From the IMG/VR virus record IMGVR_UViG_3300013372_001471, positions 1 to 64,000 of that record: a stretch of 64,000 nucleotides of DNA. The stretch is one strand, 5' to 3'. The position numbers and the translations under genes were made by a program. Origin of the DNA: a virus. Positions 49,517-60,000 of the stretch are shown here, piece by piece (the first letter of the stretch is position 1; each line of letters opens with the position of its first letter). The notes below the pieces were generated by a model, which was not told where the DNA came from, made no database searches, and saw only the letters and a list, made by a program, of their open reading frames with translations.

Positions 49517-50731
49517 TTAAATTTGTTTAATGTGTCCAAAATCTTCTCCCGAGTAAATTTTTATGGTCATATTATCAGTTTCAAATGCAGTCTTTAACAC
49601 ATCAATTAAATGTTTTTCATCTGGATGAATATCGAAAATAAATGCATCATAAAGATACATCATAAAAACTGATTTCTTATCTACTAAATGTGGTAAGATA
49701 CTTTTTATTTTACGGACATTGTATTCCGTTTCCAACGATTGTAGAACATAATTAAATACTTTATTCGGTGTTGCATCTTGAATATCTCTGAAAAGTTTTT
49801 CGTAAAACCAAGACTTCACCACACCATCAATTTGATACCGATAATACAATTCATCTATGAGTGCTTGAACGGAACGAAAGAAGGTATGATTCATAAACTC
49901 TGGAGTTATCATCCCATATATGTTCTGGAATACTTTACCTTTGAATTGGTCATAGTCCATATCTATTCCCAAATCATTTTGTATTTGTTCGTAAGGATGA
50001 TATTCAAATCTATAATCTAATATCTTTGCCAATAATTTTATATGGAAAGCATCGTAGTCAAACTGAACAATCTTTCCTCCATCAAACCGTGAACGAATTT
50101 TATCTCTACTACCGTCTTTCTTATTCATTGCAGAGAAGTTAAATCCACCCCAAGCATTACTTGGTCTGCCTGTTGCCGTATACCACATATAATTTTGTTT
50201 CTTCCATTCGTCACCAACAAGAATATCATTTTTTTCAATCTCATGGAATACATTTATGAAATCATTACAATAGTCTATGCAATTTTGAGTAATTGGATTA
50301 TCTTCATAAATCTTCATAACATATCTTGCAATTCTTCTTGCCCATTCCAATTGTTTTGAAAGTGGTATGACTTGACCTAAATCTTCTATCTTGTAAAATT
50401 TGTTTGCAAGTATTTCCATTCCTTTCGGGTAAAATTCATGTGGGTTTATGCTGTCTGATATGTAGTAATGAAGATATGAATTTATATCAATACCATCGGT
50501 TATATTGTTATACACTAACGTCTTTTTATTGAACACAAGGGTTTTGGGATGCAAACGAATATCATGTAAACTAATATCACTATCAATTTCATCTGGATGT
50601 GTAAAGTTTAGGTATTGTTCTTCGCCATCCGTAAAAAGAAAATACATACCAACGATACTAACAATAGATTGATGTTTGTTTGGATTGCTTGTGATTGGAA
50701 TGCAAACCGAAGGTTTTTCTTGAAATATCAT
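49517..50731 (-). CDS. Reduced, divergent family A DNA polymerase-like protein
   Basis: TATGRPS, FDYDAFH (A), K..F..IYG (B), FNY..QS, YLYDAF (C). Confidence 0.75.
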   Translation of the reverse strand: MIFQEKPSVCIPITSNPNKHQSIVSIVGMYFLFTDGEEQYLNFTHPDEIDSDISLHDIRLHPKTLVFNKKTLVYNNITDGIDINSYLHYYISDSINPHEFYPKGMEILANKFYKIEDLGQVIPLSKQLEWARRIARYVMKIYEDNPITQNCIDYCNDFINVFHEIEKNDILVGDEWKKQNYMWYTATGRPSNAWGGFNFSAMNKKDGSRDKIRSRFDGGKIVQFDYDAFHIKLLAKILDYRFEYHPYEQIQNDLGIDMDYDQFKGKVFQNIYGMITPEFMNHTFFRSVQALIDELYYRYQIDGVVKSWFYEKLFRDIQDATPNKVFNYVLQSLETEYNVRKIKSILPHLVDKKSVFMMYLYDAFIFDIHPDEKHLIDVLKTAFETDNMTIKIYSGEDFGHIKQI

Positions 50732-50761
50732 ATACTAATTTGGATTGATTGTAACATAACC

Positions 50762-50792
50762 CAAATATAATCATTTTTTTTGTAAATTCAAA
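50762..50792 (-). promoter_or_regulatory. Host-type promoter TTTG-N19-TATATTTG
   Basis: Full consensus match upstream of the PolA-like gene. Confidence 0.65.
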
Positions 50793-50800
50793 ATAAAAAT

Positions 50801-51622
50801 TTATAGATTATTCAATCCAAATCCGGGAATTTTATCCTCTGCTGTATCTGAAACGTTTTCTCGACTTACATTCGGTATAGATGTTTCGATAGAGATTGGC
50901 GTATTAGATATAGGTTCTTTTGTTTCAACTCTTGGTTTTACAGCTGGAACATTCTCATACACAGTCAATTCTCTTGGATTGCGAACTAGTTGTTTAATCA
51001 AACGAAACTTTTTTGAATATCTATCTATAATTCTTAAATTAGTATCTATAACACCTGGCATTTTTAATAAGTATCCATCGTGAATATCATATTCAGGACC
51101 GTCAACTTTCCAAGGCATTGAAATCATTTCATATAGATATTGGTTTATACCAATGGTGCTATCACCATACTCCTGTGATTGTTCTGGAGATATTTCAAAA
51201 AATACCCGTTCTCTCTCATTTCTTTTTGTAACAAAATATCTATATGTTGATCCCGCGTCAATCTCTTTTTGTGTCAGTTGTCTTTTTACAGGTCTAGGTG
51301 ATGTGAATTTATAGTATTCATCTGTATTGTTTCTTTTCTTTCTACGAATGCCTGGATTATTTGTTCCTGTTTTGTAAAAATGTTTTAGGTCATAATACTT
51401 CTTTTTTGGCTCTGATAAATTTCTAAACCTTATTAGTCTTTCTGATTTCAATGGGTTCCATTCATGTTCGGTAAAGACTTCACCAGTTGTATATCTGTGA
51501 TAAAAACCAACATAATCTGTAAAGTCTCTAAGCAACATAAATTCGCGGCCATTAGTAAATAGATTTTTTACTATTTGACTTTCAGGATAATAAATTTTTT
51601 GTCTATAATCTTTTATATTCAT
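50801..51622 (-). CDS. Hypothetical protein at the end of the tail operon
   Basis: Coupled to the upstream gene; YVG.YH, RYF, W...GP. Confidence 0.6.
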   Translation of the reverse strand: MNIKDYRQKIYYPESQIVKNLFTNGREFMLLRDFTDYVGFYHRYTTGEVFTEHEWNPLKSERLIRFRNLSEPKKKYYDLKHFYKTGTNNPGIRRKKRNNTDEYYKFTSPRPVKRQLTQKEIDAGSTYRYFVTKRNERERVFFEISPEQSQEYGDSTIGINQYLYEMISMPWKVDGPEYDIHDGYLLKMPGVIDTNLRIIDRYSKKFRLIKQLVRNPRELTVYENVPAVKPRVETKEPISNTPISIETSIPNVSRENVSDTAEDKIPGFGLNNL

Positions 51623-53643
51623 TATCCTAACCTCATAATTCCTTTCAAACTTGTTTCCCAAGTATTAACATCTATTTTATTATTGATACCATTGATTGCA
51701 AATACAGAACCGCCATATCCTGGTGGTTTAAGATTTGTATTTATTGCCTCATTGAAGCCCCATCCGGAACACCCATCTATCGTTACACCAAAATCTATTG
51801 GAAACAATACCCTCTTTTTTGAATGATGTCCACCCATAGCTTTTTTCTTCAACTTCAAACAACCTTTCATCGAATCGCCCCATGTAGTATTTATTCCATT
51901 TTGATCGGCTTGATTTAATAAATCTTGAATTGCTGATCCTGGATTTGAACCATGTGTTGCACCTGGTTTAGCAGGTGTATCAACATTACCGCCACCCATT
52001 ATTGCAGCACCCATTGTTGAACTTGTTTTACATGATATACTAACATTTTTAAGCATGGGTTTACCGAAACTTGCATTGAAACCGAACCCACTTTGGGGAT
52101 CACAATAACTCATATCTTCTACTGAAAGGACTGATAGTGATTTACCAACACCGCCACAACTTGGAAATTTCTCAATAACTTGTGTTGCTAACTGCCACCA
52201 ATCACCAGATGCTTCATTGGCTCTCTTACATAGTTCATTCAAAAAACTTGTTAAATTCTTTTGATTAGCATTACCATCGTTATTATCATTAAAAAATTGT
52301 CTCCAAGTTTCTTTAACATAATCACAATTAAACCATATACTACCTATTGGACTTCGGTTTGTTGGCATAGCAGGACTTCCACCCTTATATGTGCATTGTG
52401 GCCATAAAACTTCCATAGGATATGAACTCATAAACCCATCTGATCCAGGACCACCTGCCTTTGTTTTATTCGCAATATCAACCCCCTTAACTGCTCCCTT
52501 TGTTGCTGAAACAATTAGTGGTTTTAGGTAATCCTCCATACTTCCAAAATTAACATACCAAAACTTTTTAACAATTGGTTTTGTTATTTGGCCGGCACTA
52601 CCTGCACTGCCACCAGAAGGCGGTGGTGTTCCAGACGAACCTTGACTTCCCTGACTACCGGCAGCACCAACAGCAGCTTCATCAAATTTATTAACTTCAT
52701 CTGTTTCTGGTGGATCGGGTTGCCATGGTATACCAACTGCAATATATCTTAAACTGCCAATTGTTGTTGCTCCTTGTACCTCCCATGCTTTAATACCATA
52801 TATTTGTTCTGGAGCACCAGTGCCAGGTGTCAATGCTCCCATTACTGAACCTGCTGCTCCACCGCTTCCGGCAGATGGCAATGGATTTAATTGAGCCATT
52901 GCTTGATCTATAGAAGTTCCCAAATCTGCACCAACAGCTTTAAGTTGCTTAGCATCAAGTGGAGCAAACGGAGGATCATTTGGGGTAGCAGTTGTTGATG
53001 CTCCTGCTGCACCAGATGGACCGGTTGAAGTGCTGGAAGGTGTAGTTTCTGCGTTTGGCTTTGAAAGATTACCAGTTACTCCGGTTGCAATAACACCTTG
53101 AGCAAGAAGTGATGTGGATGCATTGATAGAAACATCGGTATTTACAGACCAACTAAAATCCATAACCATACCACTAAAACCAAATTTCGAAGCACACTGC
53201 GAACTTGCCCACGTTGTCCATCCAAAAGAAACACCTATGTTTGCACCTGGTTTGAAAAATGAACCACCAAATCCTATATCAAGACCACTAGCAGTTAGTG
53301 CAGGATAAATTGTAAAACTGATTGATGCCTTTATTACCGATCCCATTGCACCTTCATTTGATGTATCAACACCGGTTAAAATTGGTAGAGTTGGTGTGTG
53401 TGACTTGGGTTTATACAATGAAATATCACCACCCTTTGTTATATGTTCTTTCCCTTTTGGAAAAGTTAAACCACCAGCATTTGCCCAAGTTTTTCTACCG
53501 TATGCCCAATAAATACCAGCAGCAGATGGATCTGCACCACCACGAATTTTTTTACCGTAAACAATACCACGAGCATTAACTTCACCAGCGCCTGGACCTG
53601 GCGGCCGAAGAAACGGGTTTGTTACACCTATACTCCATGCCAT
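51622..53643 (-). CDS. Probable baseplate hub/tail protein
   Basis: FGW, G...DFSWS, P......DG..G, WETSL.G; follows the LysM/gp53-like gene. Confidence 0.55.
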   Translation of the reverse strand: MAWSIGVTNPFLRPPGPGAGEVNARGIVYGKKIRGGADPSAAGIYWAYGRKTWANAGGLTFPKGKEHITKGGDISLYKPKSHTPTLPILTGVDTSNEGAMGSVIKASISFTIYPALTASGLDIGFGGSFFKPGANIGVSFGWTTWASSQCASKFGFSGMVMDFSWSVNTDVSINASTSLLAQGVIATGVTGNLSKPNAETTPSSTSTGPSGAAGASTTATPNDPPFAPLDAKQLKAVGADLGTSIDQAMAQLNPLPSAGSGGAAGSVMGALTPGTGAPEQIYGIKAWEVQGATTIGSLRYIAVGIPWQPDPPETDEVNKFDEAAVGAAGSQGSQGSSGTPPPSGGSAGSAGQITKPIVKKFWYVNFGSMEDYLKPLIVSATKGAVKGVDIANKTKAGGPGSDGFMSSYPMEVLWPQCTYKGGSPAMPTNRSPIGSIWFNCDYVKETWRQFFNDNNDGNANQKNLTSFLNELCKRANEASGDWWQLATQVIEKFPSCGGVGKSLSVLSVEDMSYCDPQSGFGFNASFGKPMLKNVSISCKTSSTMGAAIMGGGNVDTPAKPGATHGSNPGSAIQDLLNQADQNGINTTWGDSMKGCLKLKKKAMGGHHSKKRVLFPIDFGVTIDGCSGWGFNEAINTNLKPPGYGGSVFAINGINNKIDVNTWETSLKGIMRLG

Positions 53644-53645
53644 AA

Positions 53646-53981
53646 TTACCTCATAAAATTATACTGTTGAAACAGAGCACCTATACCTGTTATTTTATCA
53701 TAGTATGGTATTCGTATTACTAATCCAGGAGGTATTACTAAACTTCCTCTACCTAAATTATTAACGGAAGCAAGAACAAACCAATAAGATGCATCCCCAT
53801 AATAATCAAACGCGAGATTATCTAATCTATCCCCTAAATGTGAAACTATGAAAATATCTTCATTATTAGAAAAACCGGGATAAAAAATGCTAGATAATCT
53901 ACTAACTCTTTTTTGTGTGCCATCTGGGTTAGTTTTATTTATTCCAGTTATAGTATTACATTCTTCATATCTATTGGGCAT
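53646..53981 (-). CDS. LysM/tail-X/gp53-like baseplate protein
   Basis: GDRLD.LA..YYGD...W..LA..N......G..IRIP. Confidence 0.8.
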   Translation of the reverse strand: MPNRYEECNTITGINKTNPDGTQKRVSRLSSIFYPGFSNNEDIFIVSHLGDRLDNLAFDYYGDASYWFVLASVNNLGRGSLVIPPGLVIRIPYYDKITGIGALFQQYNFMR

Positions 53982-54047
53982 AGTATCCTTTTGCTATAAA
54001 ATATACAACATACTAATAAATATACCGTAAAATAAAATTACAATATA

Positions 54048-57000
54048 TTAAGGGGGATTTTTATTTGATGCTTGTTTAGCAGCATCTTGAGCAGCTTTCT
54101 TAGCAGTTTCATCTGCGATTCTCTTTGCTTCAGCTTCTTCATAAGCTTTGGTATCTGCTGCATATTTCTTCTGTTCTTCCGCGTCCGCAGCGTCTAACGC
54201 CTCGTCTCTAGCTCTATTCTTTTCAAATGATTCTTGCTGACTTGCAGGCAGCCAGGTGTACACAGTTTCTTCCTTTTCTTCAAATTCATCGTCTTTACCA
54301 CCTGGTTTTTCTATTCTAACTTTTTGTTTAACAGGAACTTTAACATATCCCATTTTCTTATAGTCTTCATCTGATAATCCATCGCCGTCTTTAATGTCCT
54401 CAAATGGTTTTAAGTCTGCTTCTCTTGTTGGATCTTCATCTGCTGGTGGTTTAGCATCACCATCATTTGTTCGGAAGAAGTTTATTCTTTCATCATTTGA
54501 CGATATTGCTGGCATTAAACCATCACCGTTAATATCATCATACAATGAATACATGACACCACCCCATTCAGGACGATAATTACCTATGACAGTAAATCCA
54601 ACTGCAACCTGTATTGTTTTTGGTAGTTGTAATACGCCTGGTTTTGCTTCTTCATTATTATAGTTCTTATCTTCTTTCAAGTGTCCAGTTTCCCAAGTTC
54701 CACCAACATTATCAAATGTATATGATAACGAATTTATGAATCCAGGCGTCTTTCTGAATAGATGCCCTATGTTCAAACGGCATATTGGGGATCTAAATTT
54801 TCCACTACTATAATCTGGAGCAGTCCATGATGCAAGATAATTCAATTTACGCCACGTTGCCGCCTGTTCATCGCGAGATCCAATGTGAACAGTAAATCCA
54901 AAACTAACATCTCTTTCATAAGAACCGTATAAGTAAATTGGATCCCCTCTACCCATATACATTTGAGGACTCCAACTTGGTTTGTGATTGTCAGTTATGC
55001 TATCAAATGCTGCTCTAAAAACTATTGCTTCAGCCGCTTTGCCGGTTGCTCCTTTACCCGATAATTGTGTGCTTGTAAAATAAAATGTTATTAAATCTTT
55101 TTTACCTGGAATTTCTGTATCATTAAGTTCATATACGTCTGCATCATTCATTAGTTTGACAGGATCTCTCCATTTTTTGAAATCTATTATGTTTATACGG
55201 TCTCCTCTAAACTCATACCCATCACCTTGTTTTTTTACAACTTTACCACCATTGTATTTTATATTACTTCTGAATGGTTTACTTCTATCTGCACCAACTT
55301 TACCAGGATTACCAAAACCAAACTTATCTTCCAAATTATTTGTCTTGTAATCTATTACAGCAGGATCAGTAGAAAATGTTTTCTTTTTGTCACCCCATTC
55401 AATATCATGTCTAAAATCATTATAGTCATGTGAACGGTTTGCATCTCCACGTGGAATCTTTTTAAGTTTTCCGTAAGCAACCGCAGCATACTGTTTAATC
55501 GGTGCATCTGCTTGTGTTTGTCCAGTTGGTATTTGTTTTAATACATCTGGTAATTGTATTGGCATTGTTGATTGAATATCGGTATCACCTGCAATGTTTG
55601 CACGGGTTCTATCAATATAAGCAATAGGTCTTGGTGTAAACGGATCTTTTTGTTGAATTAACTTATATGCACTTGGTTGAATAAAAGCAGAATTATCAGG
55701 ATTAGTTTTACCACCAGGATATTCTTGACTTTCTTTTCCAGACAAAGTTGAACCACTAACCAAATATGATAGAGCAGTCATTAAACCATCAAAGGTATTT
55801 GATGATTCTCTATATTGTTTTTCTAATCGTCCCGAATAGGTATTATTTGTTCCGGCTTCGTCTTCTGCAGAATCACCGGTTTTTGTTTTAGGACCAAACC
55901 AAGTTTCTCTTTTTGCTGTTGATGGATATGATTCTGGTAAAATTCCAGACGTATCATAATGAATCATAAATGGATGACTGGCTCTATTTATTATGGTTTC
56001 ACCATTTGGATCAGTTCCAGAATTAGGTCCACCTAAACCACTCAATCTATAAATTTTAGAGCCCCTTTCTTTTTGTGCACTTGATATTGCAGCCGGAAGT
56101 TTTGAATTTATAGGAACAAATGCAGATGGTATCAATTCGGATAAAAGAGCAATCAATCTATTATATTTGTAAACAGAATATACATTACTTGTCTTTTGTA
56201 TTGCAGATGATAATATAGTTCCACCATTTGATGACTCTCTTGGGAATTTCATAACATCTATTTTATTACCAAATTGATTATCTGCAGAAGGATTCATTTT
56301 CTTAACAACTCTTTCATAATAATCGAAGTCATCAAGATTATTAGAACTTGGTTTATCGCCATGACGAATACGAATAGCACGACCCCTTAATGTATTATCA
56401 CGTATTGCATTAAGTAATGAGTCTGAATTATACATTCTTGTCTTTGCCGTTGGAGAAGACAAAGTGCCAGGATTATCCCAATCATTGAGTGTATCAACGA
56501 ATGGATTATTGTCATATAATTGTGTTTGTAATGTTTCCCATTTTTGACCGCGAGGACTTTTCAACCACAAATCAATTCGTTTTACATCTAACGCATTTAT
56601 ATCACTAAATTGATCCGAATACCCACCTTTTGAAACAAAATCTACAGATCCGCTAGGAAATCTTGAATTACCCCATCTTTCGTTCTTAACAACATCTTTT
56701 ATTTGAATACCACGAAGAACATAAGGATCCTGTCTAAACCCACTTGAATTATATGAATCCGTATCTAATTGAAACTTTCTGTATTGTAAATTTAATTGCC
56801 CACCATTTTCAGAATATCCATACAAATAACTTCCGTTAATTTGTCTATTATCTCGCATGGTTCTTTCATACTTCTTATTGTAAGCACCTGCAGTTTTTGG
56901 TAATACTGTTCTACTTGATACATAATACGGATGTGTTGAATCATTTATTGTTATATTTGGAACTTGATTCTCCAAAGAAGCAAGAGTTCCTGGTTGTGTC

Positions 57001-60000
57001 CAAGGACGTTTACCCAAAGATAACGGTGCAAATTCTTCACCTTTAACAGTTGTTACTCCTCCGGAAGCACGAGCATTAGAAACCGCAAGTCTTCCACCAT
57101 CATCTAAATTATATGTTAATGTTGGATTGATTATTGGATAAAGAGTTCCATCATTTGTTGACATCTTCGGTAAGAAACCGTCTCGTTTTACCGGAGAAAA
57201 ACCAAAGAAGTTTGTAACTGGAGTATCTAACCCACCAAATTTAATTTTGTTAGGTCCGCTTTCGGTTGAGTGTATTGAATATCCAGATTGATAATTTGTT
57301 TTTGTTTTATCCGTGTAGAATGTTTGGAAACCTCTACCGGCTTGTGTTGTATTGTTTTTTTGCTGAACATCAATATATTGTTTACCAGTTGGTGTTCTGT
57401 ATAACCCAAAGTAATTATTACTTGGTGCACCGGTCCTGGATCCTTTCCAAGCAAATTCAGATGATTCAGTTGAGTATTCTGTTAGTGGTCTTCCACTACC
57501 TTTTCGCATTATATCTATTGAGAAACCACTTTGGTTATTATCTGGAAAATAATTTATACCAGTCGGTCTTAAACCTGCAAAACCAAATCTTGAAGATTCA
57601 TTTATGTATTCCGTATCTGGATTACCTGCGCCCTTTGGCATAATATCAATAGTGAAACCACCTTGGTTATCATCTGGAAAGAAACTTTGTTTAGCAGGCC
57701 TACCACCGTCAAAATCAAATATAGAAGATTCTGTCTTGTATTCTGTTCCAGGTCTACTACTACCTTTTGCCATAATATCAAGAGTAAATCCAGTTTGGTT
57801 ACTATCTGGAAAGAAACTTTGTGGTTTTGGTCTACTACCGTCAAAATCAAACCTTGAAGAATCAGCAACATATTCTGTTGGAGGTAAACCTTCGTTTCTC
57901 TTAATATCCATAGTGAAACCGGATTGATTTGTATTGGCAAAGAAATCAATTACCGATTCTAATGGATTACCTGGTCTTCCACCCTTAAATGTATAGAATG
58001 AACTCTCATGGAAATACTCTGTTCCAGTTGGTTTACTTTTCCCCTTTGGTTGTATGTTTAGAGTAAATCCTGTTTGATTTATTTTCTCTTTATCAAAGTA
58101 ATCTGTGCCAGCTTTTGGAAACTTTCCAGTAAATGTAAATTCAGAAGAATCTTTTACATACTTACTATCGTATAATTCGGGAAGTCTATGAAAACCTATG
58201 GTTGTAAACTTACCTTTCAAATCAAAATAATTTACTTGTGGAGCTTCATCACGACTACCGTTCCAATCAAATATAGATATTTCTGGAACATATTTCGTGT
58301 CATATATTTCCGCAAGTCTATGAAAACCGGCAGTAGTAACTCTTTTGCGAATATCAAAAAAGTTTACTTCTGGAGAATCACTACGACTTCCATCCCAATC
58401 AAATTCAGAAGATTCTTTAATATACTTTGAATCATACTTTTGTGCAAGTATATGAAAACCTGTTTTTGTAAATTTATCAGGCAAGTCAAAATAATTAACT
58501 GCGGGTGCGGCAGACCTATTTCCATCCCAATCAAACCGTGATGATTCTTTTATGTATTTGGATTCATATTCTTTGGCAAATGTATAAAATCCTGCATTTG
58601 TATGAGTTGATTGTAAATCAAAATAGTTTATTGCAGGTGCATCATTTCTTAAACCATTCCAATCAAATTCAGAAGAATCCTTAATATATTTTGATTCCTT
58701 GAATGAAGGGAATGTATGAAATCCAACACTTGTAAATCTACCCAACAAATCAAAATAATTAACTGCGGGAGCATTTTGTTTCGTTCCATCAAAATCAAAC
58801 TGTGAAGAATCTTTTACATATCGTGTATCATACAGTCCATGAAATTTATCAAATCCACTATTAGCATATTGGTTCTGTATATCAAAATAATTAACAACAG
58901 GTGCATCTTGTCTATTTGCATTCCATGTATGTATTGAAGATTCATTTATGTATTTTGTTTCTAAAAATGGAATAAATATATCAAATCCAGAAGTTGCATT
59001 TTTTACTGGTATATCCAAGTAGTTTACAAAAGGAGCATCATCTCTTGTTCCAACCCAAGTAAATCTTGATGAATCTGGAACATACAAAGATTCGTATGGT
59101 TGAGCAAATGTTGTGAACCCATCAGTAGTTTTTCCCGCCGTTAAATCAAAATAATTTACTGCTGGTGCATCTTGTCTGTTTCCATCCCAAATAAATTCTG
59201 ATATGTTTTTTAGATATTTGGAATCATACTTTTGAGCAAATACGTGAAAACCAGTTGATGTAAATTGTTTGAATTGATCCAAATAATTAACTGCAGGTGC
59301 ATTTTGTGTGGAATTTCCTACCCACACAAATGTGGAAGAATCTTGAACATATTTTGAATCCATAAACCCCGCAAAGTTATGGAATCCCATATTAGAATTT
59401 ACACCAGCTTGATCGAAATAGTTTACAGTTGGCGATTGTTGTTTGTTTCCATCCCAATCAAATATAGATGAATCTGGAATATAATCAGATTGACCTTGTA
59501 AAGCAAATTTTGTAAATCCATCTGATGTATTCAAGAATATATTATCAAAGTAGTTTACAGTTGGAGCACCTAACCTATTTCCTTGCCATCCTAAAAATGA
59601 TGTTTCAGTTTTATATTCTGTTATTTGCGGTTGTGCAAATATAGTAAATCCACCAAGAGTATTGTTATTATTACCATCAAAGTAATTTACACCAGTTATT
59701 TTTGTAAAATCATATTGAGAAGAATTTGGTTGGTAAAGAGATTCTGCTGGATTAACAAATGTTTGAAATCCTCTACCATTTGTATCAGCAAATGCATTTG
59801 TAAACGGACCATCATCTGATCCACCTGTCCATACAAATTGTGAAAAACCAATATACTTACTATCACCAATTTGTTGTCTTTGATTAAATCCTATTGCAAA
59901 CTGATTTGAGAAAAAGTTTACTTCTTGTAATCCTAAAATAGAATACAATGAATTTATCGATTTCTCATATCTTCCGCCTGGAAATGTTGGTGTTATTCCA

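Noticed and set aside
57405-59935. Repeats as DGR template/variable regions
   Set aside because: All copies are coding, with no reverse transcriptase and no adenine-specific mismatch pattern apparent
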